From NCBI RefSeq assembly GCF_006345805.1, contig NC_043002.1:72788001-72852000 (forward strand): a stretch of DNA of 64,000 bases. The letters are read 5' to 3'. The notes beneath the pieces were generated by a model that was given only the letters and a program-made list of their open reading frames with translations, was not told the DNA's origin and did not search any database. A program made the translations under genes and the position numbers. Source of the stretch: Octopus sinensis (taxonomy: Eukaryota). This document shows, one piece after another, positions 49,761 through 61,769 of this stretch (positions within the stretch are counted from its first letter, which is position 1; the number at the start of each line of letters is the position of its first letter).

Positions 49761-50506
49761 AACTTGATATGAATCCATTGGCTGGGCCTCTTCTAGATGT
49801 AATCTTGGATGTTTGTGCATACTGTCCCCAAAACAAAATAAGATTTGAAAGAAAGATCATTGATTCAATAGGCAAGCAATAATATAGATTATGTAATTGA
49901 CAAACCGTTCATTAGATTGTAAATCTAATTTCAAACTTCAACTTTCTGCCTTGTAGTTTTTCTGTGATAAATATTTGGGTTGCTTAGTTTTATTTCTTTA
50001 TTTATTTTTAGTCTAATCCTGTCATGATACTATTGTAATGTTATTTTCCATCATTTCATACAACAAATATTCCAGATATCCTTAAAGTAAATATTTCATC
50101 CTTTGGCCTTTGACCTAAATTCCATAACTGCTGGTGTGTTTTGATGTATTAACATGGTGAAATTAAGTTTTTACTCTGTGTGCGTGCGTGTGCATTTGTC
50201 TGTACATATGGGAAGCTTTGATTTTATCACTTATGTAATGTAGTGATTATTTCATATGTGACTCATGCTATCAGAAACAAAAGCAAACATGATTACAATT
50301 AAATTCTCCTGGACACTATAATGTTAGAACAATAGATATAGGAACACTGTGTATGCTTCAGAGAGCAGCCTTTCAAAATATCTCTCACAACATGAAATAG
50401 ATGACTAATATTAAAATGTGTGTATTTCCAGGGGCTTAAATTTCCACTGTAACACAAAGTTGTACTTTGTATTTAATCACATATTTTTTTCTCCCCTTAC
50501 TTACAG

Positions 50507-51045
50507 AGACTTGCTGTCCAACCTGTCGAAACCCCTTGCTTTTGTCACAAAATAACATTGATACATTACCACGAAATTTGGCTTTGGAAAACATAGTAAT
50601 TCGCTTTCAAGAAATCTGTAGCAATTCTTTGATGAAGAGCAAAAGCCATAATTTATCTTCAAAATCACAATTTCTTTTAAATAAAGAAGATTTGAATGTT
50701 CCAGGAATTTCAGAAGAATCTAAAGAATTTTGTGAGTTATGTGAAGGTAAATTCTGTGCCAAAGCTGAATGGTTTTGTCAACAATGTACAGTGCTTTATT
50801 GTCAGGATTGTTTAGACAAATTTCATCCCCGCAGGGGATCGCTGAGTCACCACCGGATTTGTAAAGCTTTTAAAAGTACAGTAGAAAGCAAGCCAATATT
50901 TTGTGGTGATCATAAGTCTGAAATGACCAGTGTATTTTGTGATTCTTGTAAGACTTTGGCATGTCCTCTCTGTGTTTGTGATGGCATTGGCAAACATGCT
51001 GGACATATGATACTCACTAAAGATGTAGCTTCAGAACAAATAAAG
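50507..51045 (+). CDS. TRIM exon: end of RING (CPTC, LPRNLALENIV), B-box1, B-box2
   Basis: ORF 50467-51057; CELC..C..C..YC..C...H and C..H..C..C...C..C....H...H patterns; ttacag acceptor (phase 1), AAG|gtaagt donor. Confidence 0.93.
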
Positions 51046-51631
51046 GTAAGTATTTAATAAACTTTCAACAGCAAATGTGAGAAATTAAATTCTTTGTAGA
51101 CTTAGCAGTGATCACCAAGATGAATGTTTTATTTTAAATACTTCTTGCTAAAGTTTATTTCTGTTGCCTTATTTCAGAATTCCTTCTTTTCAATTGTAAT
51201 ATATTGAAATATATCATTGCGTTATTTCAGAATTCCTTCTTTTCTATTGTAATATAATGCAAAAAGAACAATCTCTAGTAGCAGCTGAAAACTGGACAGG
51301 TTAAAGAGCTTTCTATATATCATACTTGACATACACCATCCACAAACATGAAGTTACTGCAGTTTTCACTTGAGATAAAAATCTCTTGTGGATATGCTGT
51401 GGTTAAAAACATAGCATGTATACATATGTTTATTGTAAGATGGAAAATCATTTTGGCTGTTGTTAGCAAGAATATCAGATGCATTTTGGTCTTACCAGAT
51501 TATTTAGCTCAGTGGCTGTTCACAATATCTAGCCTGAGGATGTCACGGACAAGGCCCAAAAAGGCCAGAATGCATCTGGTGTTCTTGCTAGTTTCAGTTG
51601 GGATGATTTCTCATCTCCCTCTGATATATAT

Positions 51632-51679
<48 letters not shown>

Positions 51680-52929
51680 ATTTTCAAACCTTCTGTCCAG
51701 TCCTTTAACTATGTCATTGTTGAAGTGTTCATTGATGATGTCACAGCCAAATTTTGTCACTCTCTCAGTCTTTTGCTGTAATCATTTTAAATAAGATATT
51801 TAAGTTCTTGGCTTCCAAAGTTTAGATTTCATCGTTATCATTTTAGAATTCGCTGATGCAGATTTTCTATGATCGAATTTCCTTTCTATTGCTAAACTCA
51901 CTAACCTTCACTTGTTCCTATGCAAGACAATATTACCCCATGATTAGACATCTTTCCACAGAAGATTGAAAACACTGGACATTGCTTGTATGATAGGGAA
52001 ACTTCTTTGTAACTATCACATGATGTCAAAGCAAGGAGATCTACACATATGATGGGCTTCTTTCCATTTCTCGCTACCAAATCCATTTTCAAGGCTTTGT
52101 GTGGCCCAGAGCTTTAGTAGACACTTGTCCAAGGTGCCATTATATAGGACTGCACATGAAACCACATGAGTGGGAAGCAAACTGCTTAACCATACATCTA
52201 TTTACATAAATTGTATATCATGAATGGAAGTGATGTAGATGCTTCTTTTAATTCTAGATAGAGTGAGATCAGTCACAATAAAAAATATAGGATGTAATAA
52301 ATAACTGAGAATTGAATAAAATATAAGGAAAAACAGAGATTTAATACTAGAAAACAATATATTGTTTAAGAAAATGTTCAACTGTTTCAGAAAAACTGCT
52401 CCCAGTTTCAGTGAAGCTGCAGAAACAACTGAATGCTCTTCATGTCAGAAAAGTAGCTGTCAGCAAGTCCTTGTTATTGCATGGCCACTGGTTGGTCTTC
52501 CTCTTGATGACTCCTTAAATGTAGTCAATCAGGAGTACTCGGAACCCACATGTTGGCAGTCATCATCATCATTGTTTAACGTCCGTCTGTCATAGCATGG
52601 GTTGGACGGTTGGACCAGAGTCTGGGAACCAGGAGGCTGTACCAGGCTCCAGTCTGATCTGGCAGTGTTTCTACAGCTGGATGCCCTTCCTAACGCCAAC
52701 TACTCCATGAGTGTAGTGGGTGCTTTTTACATGCCACCGGCACGGAAGCCAGTCAAGGTGGCGCTGGCATCGACCATGTATGGATGGTGCTTTTATGTGC
52801 CACCGGCACAGGTGCCAGGGTAGGCTGGCAACGGCTATGATCGGTTGGTGGTTTTTACATGCCACCGACACCATGATTATGAAAATTCTGGGACAATCAG
52901 CTCTGGATATTGAGGCCTATGTAATAGTT

Positions 52930-53100
52930 AACCATCCTTCTGAAACATACAGGCTTACCTAAACCACCACTTGATTCAGGACTTGGTCATAATGTCCGGC
53001 ACTTTGATATAAGTAGTGCCATTGATCCTGAGGCCCCACAGGAGTGTGGCAGATGTAGAGCTTCCTGTCATTCTTCCTCTTCACTGTCCAGTTCCTGGTC
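52930..53100 (-). mobile_element. maT/DD37D-like transposase fragment
   Basis: Minus strand GLRINGTTYIKVPDIMTKS*I..MFQKDG resembles GLRVNA..YI.VL..VVKPWI..YVFQQD. Confidence 0.5.
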
Positions 53101-53159
53101 AATTTTTTTCTCATTAGAGAAGATCTAGACATAACAGGTTTATGGAGGTACTCTCTCTC

Positions 53160-53505
53160 TCTCTCTACTTGTTTCAGTAATTTGGCTGTGGCCATGCTGG
53201 AGCACCGCCTTTAGTTGAGCAAATCGACCCCAGGACTTATTCTTTGTAAGCCTAGTACTTATTCTATCGGTCTCTTTTGCCGAACTGAAATACCGCTAAG
53301 TATTTTGCCCGACGTGAAGACAAACACAAAGACATGCACACACACACACAGAATGGGATTCTTTCATTTTCCACCTACCAAATCCACTCACAAGGCTTTA
53401 GTCAGACTGAGGTTATAGTAAAAGACACTTGCCCAAGGTACCATGCAGTGGGACTGAACCTGGAACCATGTGGTTTGGAAGCAGGCTTCTTACCACACAG
53501 CTCTT
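53160..53505 (-). mobile_element. SINE family A carrying a family B segment (chimeric junction)
   Basis: Contains the reverse complement of AAATACTTAGCGGTATTTCAGTTCGGCAAAAG. Confidence 0.75.
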
Positions 53506-54329
53506 CATTGTAGAAGTAACAATGAATTTATATCTAGTTGTTCATTAGATTCTAAATCTAATAAATTTGTCATAACTGACTTCACCTTTCTAGTGTTTCA
53601 TTTCTGGAATAAATGCTTGTATTGTCCATTTTTTTATTTTTAACTCTTAATCTTAAATTGAAAGTAAATGACTCAGTGGAGGGAAAATAAAATATGGAGA
53701 TATGATCTGAAAGACATGTAGTAGAGAAACCGGCTTATACTAGAACGTAGAAAATAACTCACTTTGTTCTGTCGGTAGTATGAGAAGATGTACAATAATG
53801 ATAATTATTTATTTATTTATTTATGCACCCTTTTCAAGCCTAGCCAGGCTCATGGGCCCAGTTTCCCAGTTTCTGTGGCATATGTGTTCCCCCCCAGCTG
53901 GATGGGACACCAGTCCATCGCAGCGTTACCCAAGAAACAGGAAGAGAGAGTGAGAGAAAGTTGGGGCGAAAGAGTACAACAGGGGTCGCCACCACCCTCT
54001 GCTGGAGCCTCGTGGTGCTTTAGGTGTTTTTGCTCAATAAACACACAAAACCCCTGGTCTGGGAATCAAAACCGTGATCCTCTGACTGCTAGTTCGCTGC
54101 CCTATCCACTGGGCCAATGCGCCTCCACAAATAATGATAATGGTCTATGAAATTATATTTGGAATATCTTTTTGTGTGTATGTGTGTGACATTGTTGTTT
54201 TTTCTGCTTTTCATCTACTAATATATTGTCATAACTCTTCCTTGTATATTTAATTATTAAATGTATTTGAGTTAATATTCTCACACATGCAAGCATATGT
54301 GTGCATAAGTGGATCTTTACATCTTGACA

Positions 54330-54490
54330 GACCGTCTAAGCAGCAGGGAATGTCTTAATTAGGTACTCATAGTCTTCTTCCAGCAGCTTCTCGCATGGCC
54401 AATCCTGCCCATGTTTGATGAGCAAGTTCTGCTGCAAAATCTGTAAGCAAAGAAGGTACTGCAGGGCTGCAGTGTATTGTCTGTCTTTCT
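54330..54490 (-). mobile_element. Possible RTE LINE 3' fragment
   Basis: Minus-strand FCSRTCSSNMGRIGHARSC resembles the RTE C-terminal C..C.R.C.S.IGL.SH motif. Confidence 0.35.
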
Positions 54491-54661
54491 TTGGCATTTT
54501 AAAATCCATTTATTTTTATGTTTCTAAAAAAGACCAAGAAATATATGAATTCATTTCTGTATGTAATTAGTCTCATTGTGAAACCATGAACCATTTTTGT
54601 ACATTATGTCAAAGAATTTGTTCCTTGGAACACATGTGCTCATTTAATTTTAATGAGTCTC

Positions 54662-55088
54662 AAGGCGGTGAGCTGGCAGAAACGTTAGCACACCAGGTGA
54701 AATGCTTAGCGGTATTTCATCTGCCGCTACGTTCTGAGTTCAAATTCCGCCAAGGTCGACTTTGCCTTTCATCCTTTCAGGGTCGATTAAATAAGTACCA
54801 GTTATGCACTGGGGTCGATATAATCGACTTAATCCATTTGTCTGTCCTTGTTTGTCCTCTCTGTGTGTAGCCCCTTGTGGGTAGTAAAGAAATAAGAAAC
54901 GTTAGCACGCTGAGTGAAATGCTTAGTGGTATTTCGTCTGTCTTTACGTTCTGAGTTCAAATTCCACTGAGGTTGACTTTGCCTTTCATCCTTTTGGGTT
55001 CGATAAATTAAGTACCAGTTGCATACTGGGGTCAATCTAATCGAATGGCCCCCTCCCCCAAAATTCTGAACCTCATGCCTAGAGTAGG
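54662..55088 (+). mobile_element. SINE family B, two tandem units
   Basis: Family B head and core repeated. Confidence 0.8.
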
Positions 55089-55496
55089 AAAGAATTTTAA
55101 TGAGTCTCCTAATTTCATTTGGCAGCTGGGGAAGAAACAAATGGATCCTCATGAATTACGTCACAATGAATACAGTAAGTTTCATCCTTCGTTCCAGCTG
55201 CCAAAAGAAATCTACATGGGATGAGACTATCATCATCATCATCATCATCGTTTAACGTCCGTTCTCCATGCTAGCATGGGTTGGACGGTTCGACCGGGGT
55301 TCTGGGAAGCCAGAAGGCTGCACCAGGCTCCAGTCTAATCTGGCAATGTTTCTACAGCTGGATGCCCTTCCTAAGGCCAGGTATATTCATATAAATGTGA
55401 CTAAGTGACAGCGTCGGTATTTTGAGGCAGCCCAGGAAAGAAAACTATAAAGGATGGGCAAACTATATTATAAGTGATATGAATTTTTATATATAG

Positions 55497-55858
55497 GCAC
55501 AGGAGTGGCTGTGTGGTAAGTAGCTTGCTTACCAACCACATGGTTCCGGGTTCAGTCCCACTGCGTATCACCTTGGGCCGACCAAAGCCTTGTGAGTGGA
55601 TTTGGTAGACGGAAACTGAAAGAAGCCCGTTGTATATATGTATGTGTGTGTATGTTTGTGTGTCTGTGTTTCTCCCCCCAACATCGCTTGACAACCGATG
55701 GTGGTGTGTTTACATCCCCGTAACTTAGCAGTTCGGCAAAAGAGACCGATAGAATAAGTACTAGGCTTCCAAAGAATAAGTCTTAGGGTCGATTTGCTCG
55801 ACTAAAGGTGGTGCTCCAGCATGGCCACAGTCAAAATTACTGAAACAAGTAAAAGAGT
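55497..55858 (+). mobile_element. SINE family A (small internal deletion)
   Basis: Head, body and tail motifs. Confidence 0.85.
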
Positions 55859-56562
55859 ACAAAAATATTGTATTTAATCACTTCTCAATATTATTGCAAA
55901 GTTGCAATAAATACAATTTCTTGTTATGTTCATGTCTTGTTTGAGAACTTGGTGCTTCTGTTAATCATAAGAGGCAAATATGTATTGGTAACACCTATTT
56001 TCATGCACATACTTTGTATGAGCTTTATTGATCTTGAATAGCACAGATATATTCCTTTCTCAATGATTATGATTGTCTCTCCATAAAAAGAGATGTAATA
56101 GGCCATTGTGCCAAAAAGCCCTTTTCCCCTACAACACAATTCTTATTGTGAAAGGCTATCTTAGTAAAGATCTACTCATGTATTGGTTTTCATTTGGAAA
56201 ATTTCACAAGCAAAAACTATATACTGTATTTTTTTTTTATATGATGTATTTTACTTGTGGGTGTGATTTATAAACTTTGATAATTTAAGTCAAAGATTAT
56301 GGAAATATTTTGAGATGAAGTAGAATAGTTTCATCTATTTGTTTGTTGCCAATATCTACAGGATGAGTACCCTGATTCTTTTGAGCTGCAATTATCTTAG
56401 AAGTACCATTTTCCACATTGAAGAGTATCTTTTTATTTGAAAGGTTTCTAGATACCCTAACTGCTGCGCAGCTTGTCTGTCCTTGAATATCACAGTTACT
56501 GTAGAATCTCCATTGTTTCTATTAGGTCGAGGAAAAAGTTTGTGCACCATGTTAAAACAATG

Positions 56563-56597
<35 letters not shown>

Positions 56598-56715
56598 TGG
56601 TATGTGTGTTCACTCAATTCATGTTATGTTCAATGGTGATGCACTGTGTTCATCAAAAACATGCTTTGTTTCAACAAGACAATGCAAAGTTCCATACTGC
56701 CAGAAAAACCAGCAA

Positions 56716-56886
56716 CAAGGCGAGCTGGCAGAAATGTTAGCATGCCAGGTAAAATACTTAGCGGTATTTCAGTTCGGCAAAAGAGACCGATAGAATAAGT
56801 ACTAGGCTTACAAAGAATAAGTCCTGGGGTCAGTTTGCTCAACTAAAGGCAGTACTCCAGCATGGCCACAGTCACATGACTGAAAC
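56716..56886 (+). mobile_element. Chimeric SINE: family B head plus family A tail
   Basis: GGCGAGCTGGCAGAAATGTTAG..CTTAGCGGTATTTC joined to AGTTCGGCAAAAGAGACCGATAG. Confidence 0.75.
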
Positions 56887-57278
56887 AAGTAAAAAGAGAA
56901 AAGAATAAGCTAAAAGAGACAAGAAGACTGGAAACAAAACATAAATCTAAGGAGTATATTATTTGTGGTAATTATTTGTTCATTGCTGTTTAACAAATTG
57001 ATGCCAAAGAAATCATCTACAGCAAAAAATTTGGAAATATTTTCAGAAAAAAAGCATGATACCTGTAAAAGTAAAAAATCACACACATGGAATAAGTGTA
57101 TGGGAAACATGAGGTCACATTAAGAAGAAATTTTGTGGTCCTGGGCAAAGCTGCTGAAAACTGGCAGTGACAGGTTTTGTCCTTGCATGGTATCGCTCCA
57201 TATGTTTGTTTATTTGTAACCCATAGTGTATTAGTATCCCAGTAAAAATATTAATACTCTGTGTGTGGTGGGGTGGGG

Positions 57279-58518
57279 GTTGGTCATCCCATAAATAATG
57301 CAGTTTTTCAATTGCATGAACTAAAAGTCTGAGGGGTACAGGATAAACTATCTGCATCAACTTGCTATAAAAGCAGTTAGTAATTTTACCTTGTCCTTAT
57401 TTTTAGTGCAAGTTTTGAAGAGTGCTGTTCAATTTTAAGTTATTTTTCAAAGCTATGGAAGTGACAAAGGAGCATATTCAGCATACTTTGCTTTGAGTTC
57501 AATAAAGGCAACAACGCAATGGAAAATGCAAGGAATATTATTGCAGTATATGGGGATCAGACAATAAGTGTAAACCAGTATCAACGGTGGTTCCAGAAAT
57601 TCTGAGCCGTAAACTACAGCCTAGAAGACAAGTGTCATTCTGGAAGATCTGTAGAGCTTGATAAGGACATCCTGCAAGCCATGGTGGAATAAAATTCCAT
57701 TGTATCTATTGAGGCACTAGCAGAGAAGCTGGATTGGTCATTCAACCATTCATCGACTCCTGCGTGCCATCAGTAAAGTCAGCAAATTGGGTCAATGGGT
57801 TCTTCGCAAACTTCCCGAGTCTGATTACATGCAGAGAGTGAATGTATGCTCTTCTTTGTTGTCACATCTCACAAATAAACTTTTTTTTTTGTTAAGTGAT
57901 GAGATGTAGGTTCTCTATAAATATGTCAAGCGCCGAAGTGAGTGGGTAGGGAAAGGAGAAACACCAGCACCCCAGGTTAAAGCAGGTGTTCACCCACGTA
58001 AGATGTTCTTATCTGTGTGGTGGGATACGAAAGATTTAGTTCCAAACCGAATGATAACAAAGGAGATCTAATGCAAGCAGCTTGAGCGGCTTAAGTCAGC
58101 ACCAGAAGAAAAATGAGCATCTTTGGTTTCAAGACAAAAGGTGTTCTTCTGTCAGGATAATGCTTGGCCACAAACAGCTAGGATGACATTCCAAAGGCTG
58201 GAGCAGTTTGAATGGGAAACGATGCCCCACTCACCATATTCGCTGGACACTGTCCCATCTAACTATCATTTATTCTAGTCTTCAAAATCATTTGAATGGA
58301 AAAAATATGAATTCTGTTGATGAGGTCGGAACAGTATCAGAGGAATATTTTTTGTCATGGACAAGGGAATTTTGGAAGAAGGGCCTTGCAAATCTACCAG
58401 ATAGATGGAAGAGCATTGTAGAAAATGAATGAGAGTATATTTTAGATTAAAAAAGAACTTTATCTTAATTTTGAAAAATAAAAGATGTATAAAAAAAACA
58501 CATTATTTATGGGATGAC

Positions 58519-58523
<5 letters not shown>
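57279..58523 (+). mobile_element. Second full-length degenerate mariner family (Hsmar1-like)
   Basis: TIRs TTGG(G)TCATCCCATAAATAATG; MEVTKEHI.., QDNAWPQ, HSPYS..PSNYHLF motifs; many stops. Confidence 0.88.

Positions 58524-58574
<51 letters not shown>
58522..58574. repeat. (TA)n microsatellite between mariner and Tc1; other long microsatellites at 23101-23134, 28077-28105, 42515-42583, 45045-45105, 51625-51675
   Basis: Read directly. Confidence 0.9.
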
Positions 58575-58580
<6 letters not shown>

Positions 58581-58584
58581 CATA

Positions 58585-59792
58585 CAGGGGTTGGACAAAG
58601 TAATGGAAACACATAGCATCATAATTTTGAAATATCTATAAAACCATCAAAAGCTTTATTTAAATTTTTTTGGTTTATTAGTGTTGCTTAATGTTTTTCT
58701 AAAATTGCTGTTTCTTTTCAGATATCATCAGAAAAAGGTAATTAAAATGACAGATCTATCAAACTTTCAGAGCGGTCAAATTGTTGGTGCTCATATGGCA
58801 GGCACTAGCGTAATGAAAACAGCTGAAATGTTTAGTGTATCAAGAAGTACTGTCTCGAAAGTAATGACAGCCTTTGATAAAGAGGGAAAAACCTCCTCGT
58901 TGAAACAAAACTCTGGAAGAAAACCAAACCTTTCAGATAAAGGCCATCAGACTCTTACTCAAATTGTAAGAAAAGATCACAAAAGTACTATTCCCAAAAT
59001 TACTGCAGAATTTAATGACCACCTCAAGAATCCAGTTTCCACAAAAACTGTTTATCAGGAGCTGTAGAAAGCCAGATTTCATGGGAGAGCTGCCATCAGA
59101 AAACTACTACTTTGAAAAACAAACATTGCAAAGCATTTAGAGTGGAGTAAAGACCTACAGAATTGGTTCCTAGAGCAGTGGAAGAATGTTATTTTCTTGG
59201 ACAAGGCATTCTTTACTTTATTTCTGACCACTGGCTGAGTATACATGTAGAGACAGCCAAAAGAAGCATTTGACCCAGATTGTCTTCTTCCAACTGTTAA
59301 ATATAGAGGAGGATCTGTGATGATCTGTGGGGCTATATCTTGGAAATCTGCCAGCCCACTGGTTTTCCTTCATGGCAGAATTAATAGTCAAGACTATTTA
59401 AGCATGTTATCTAATCAAATTCATCCTATGGTTGCAGAACTGTTTTCGGAGAGAAACACAATCTTTCATGATGATAATGCACCAATTCACACAGCTAAAG
59501 TTGTTACTGTTTGGCCACCACAGTCCCCAAATCTCAATATTATTGAACATTTATGGTACATTTCAGAAAATCAAGTAAGAAGTCAATATCCTCCACCATC
59601 ATCTCTACAAGAACTGGAGATTGTTTTAGCTGAAGAAAAGACAAAGATTCCTTTGGAAACAATTCAAACTTTGCACGAGTCCATACCACATTGAACTCAA
59701 GCTCTACTTACTGTCAAAGGCGGTCCTACCCCATATTAAAATAAATTTGTTTGGAATTTTAAAGGTGTTTCCATTATTTTGTCCAATCCCTG
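58585..59792 (+). mobile_element. Full-length degenerate Tc1 (same family as 28108 copy)
   Basis: TA TSDs (58583-84, 59793-94), about 28-bp TIRs; D, DNAPIH and WPPQSPNLNIIE motifs; TAG at 59065 and a deletion between the second D and E. Confidence 0.92.
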
Positions 59793-60414
59793 TATATGTG
59801 TATATATTTTTTCAAATGTTTCAATATGACAGCTGTATATTCACATTGTGTTGAGATTGCTTCAAGGAAAAATAAACACCTGTAGATATTTATATGTTAT
59901 CTCTTATGAAAAATTTATAAAAGCTATTGGAAAATAATTGATGACATGGTTTATCTTTATGCATGGAGCCTATACTGTTTATGGGGTGGGCTGTTATGTT
60001 ATGCATGGGGTTATACTGTCCATGGAGTGGGCTGTTACATCATGCAGGCTTTATCAGCTAACTAATGATTTCTTCTGTCTCTTGCTTTTGCTTTTTGCTT
60101 GCTCTCTTTTTCTCTCTTCTTTCTTTCATGCTCTTTTTGCTGTTGCTAAAGGAGAAGTAATACAGATGTAAGCTCTTTCACTCTGCTTAGACAATCTGCA
60201 ACATATTAATGCCACATTACCATTGTACAGATCAATTTTACTTGTGAAAGGATGACCTTAATTTAACAATATAAACTGAAACACTCACTTATTTTGCATA
60301 TAAAAAGGAAGATTGATCTCTAAAAATTTTTTTTTTTTTTTTCAATCTTCAATATATTTTTATGAAATTAAAATAATTTTTAAAGGTTTATCAATTTTAT
60401 CATTCATTATCTAG

Positions 60415-60510
60415 GAGTTTGTTCAGAAAACAAAAGGACATTTAGATAAGATATTCAGGGAAATTTTGGCCCAAACCTCAAAATTGGAAGAGACAAAAGA
60501 TGAAATTAAG
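60415..60510 (+). CDS. TRIM exon: start of BBC coiled coil (EFVQKTKGHLDKIFREILAQTSKLEETKDEIK)
   Basis: ctag acceptor, AAG|gtatga donor, 96 nt, phase 0-0, heptad-like; not in the ORF track. Confidence 0.8.
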
Positions 60511-60815
60511 GTATGATTCTAAACTTGTAATGATTGGTTTTATTAGTCTTGCTGTCTTAGTGGCGTTTCATGTATCTTTACATTCCGAGTTCAAAATCCG
60601 CCTAGGTCACCTTTGCCTTTCTTCTTTTCGGGGTCAATAAAATAAGTACCAGTTGAGCAGTGGGGTCAATATAATTGACTTACACCCTCTTCCGGACTTG
60701 TTGGCTTTATGCCAAAATATGAAACCAATATTAGTCTTGTTATCATTGGTTGTACTTGAGGCCCAGATTGATCATACTTATAAGTATTGTAGCATATAGA
60801 GCAGTTCATCACCAC

Positions 60816-61097
60816 GGGCATATGGCATAGTGCTGAAGAGCACAGGCTACTAATCCCAAGATTCTGAGTTCGATTCCAGGCTGTGACCTTAATAATAATA
60901 ATAACAACAACAACAACAATAATAACAATAATATCAAAAAAATACCTTAGGGATGAGAACTCGGGTTCAAAATTTCCCCAAGACACCTGAAGAAGGCTAG
61001 AGGGTATATCAGCCAAAACGTTGTGTTAACAACAAACAAGATGACGACAAATATCTGTCAAATATAAATTATGTAAATAATGTACATAATTCCTCAT
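60816..61097 (+). mobile_element. tRNA-headed SINE-like element with (AAT/AAC)n linker and Penelope-type hammerhead module
   Basis: A-box TGGCATAGTG, B-box GAGTTCGATTCC, microsatellite, hammerhead at 60982-61027, end AAATATAGAACTGTA. Confidence 0.6.
60982..61027 (+). ncRNA. Type I minimal hammerhead ribozyme motif (G12-to-A, probably inactive copy)
   Basis: GACAC-CTGAAGA-A-GGCT..AGCC-AAAA-CGTT-GTGTT: stem I, core, stem II and palindromic ACGT stem III. Confidence 0.55.
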
Positions 61098-61769
61098 CTC
61101 TTAAATATAGAACTGTACCTTTTTAATCCATCCTCAACACTTAATACTTTGAAGAAAAGTAGTTGAAGTGAAACTCAGCAACATATTGCTGAAACTAAAT
61201 CTGTGGCTCACCAATATGCTTTATTCTTTATTTTCTGCTTTTTCTATGACCAGTTTGACTCTTCCATGCCAATACAATTATTTCATTTGGTAGACATTGT
61301 ATGGTAAACTTATCAGCATGTGATTTTAGTAAATGCTCTTTAGCCTTGCTATAAAAAGGTAGAGATTATGAGTAAACCACAGGACATTCCCTCAGTTACC
61401 AGAAACAGTTTAATCCAACTAATGTTTAATTTTTGATAGTGAGGTTGTGTGTTTACTAATAAACAATTGCTTATAAGTTTGCTTTATCTTGGTGCTTTTA
61501 TTAATTCATGCTGCCAGAGCTTGCAGTGTTATGCAAATTAGACAAACCAATTTAGTTCCCCTGAATGTGTAAAGAATATAAATAGTTGTATGCTATTCCT
61601 CTCTGTGACCAAGAATAAGTAACCAATTGCTGACAGTCTCAATAAAAGTTGAAACTAGCTAAAATTACCTCTCTGAAGAAGTGGACTGTGGTTAAACCAC
61701 AAAAGAACCTTTTCACATTAAAACTGAGTAACACATACTTTTAAGTTCATCTAACATTCCTTGAAGAAC

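Noticed and set aside
51480-51900. Possible RTE reverse-transcriptase remnant on the minus strand
   Set aside because: Only vague motif similarity with many stops; cannot be supported by eye.
58722-58737. In-frame TRIM-transposase fusion via the Tc1 acceptor
   Set aside because: The upstream host exon ends in phase 0 and the transposase frame needs phase 2; phase-0 splicing hits TAA after 7 codons, and the transposase is broken.
28108-59792. All four large Tc1/mariner copies are sense to the TRIM gene
   Set aside because: Four of four is not significant (1 in 8 for all sharing one orientation).
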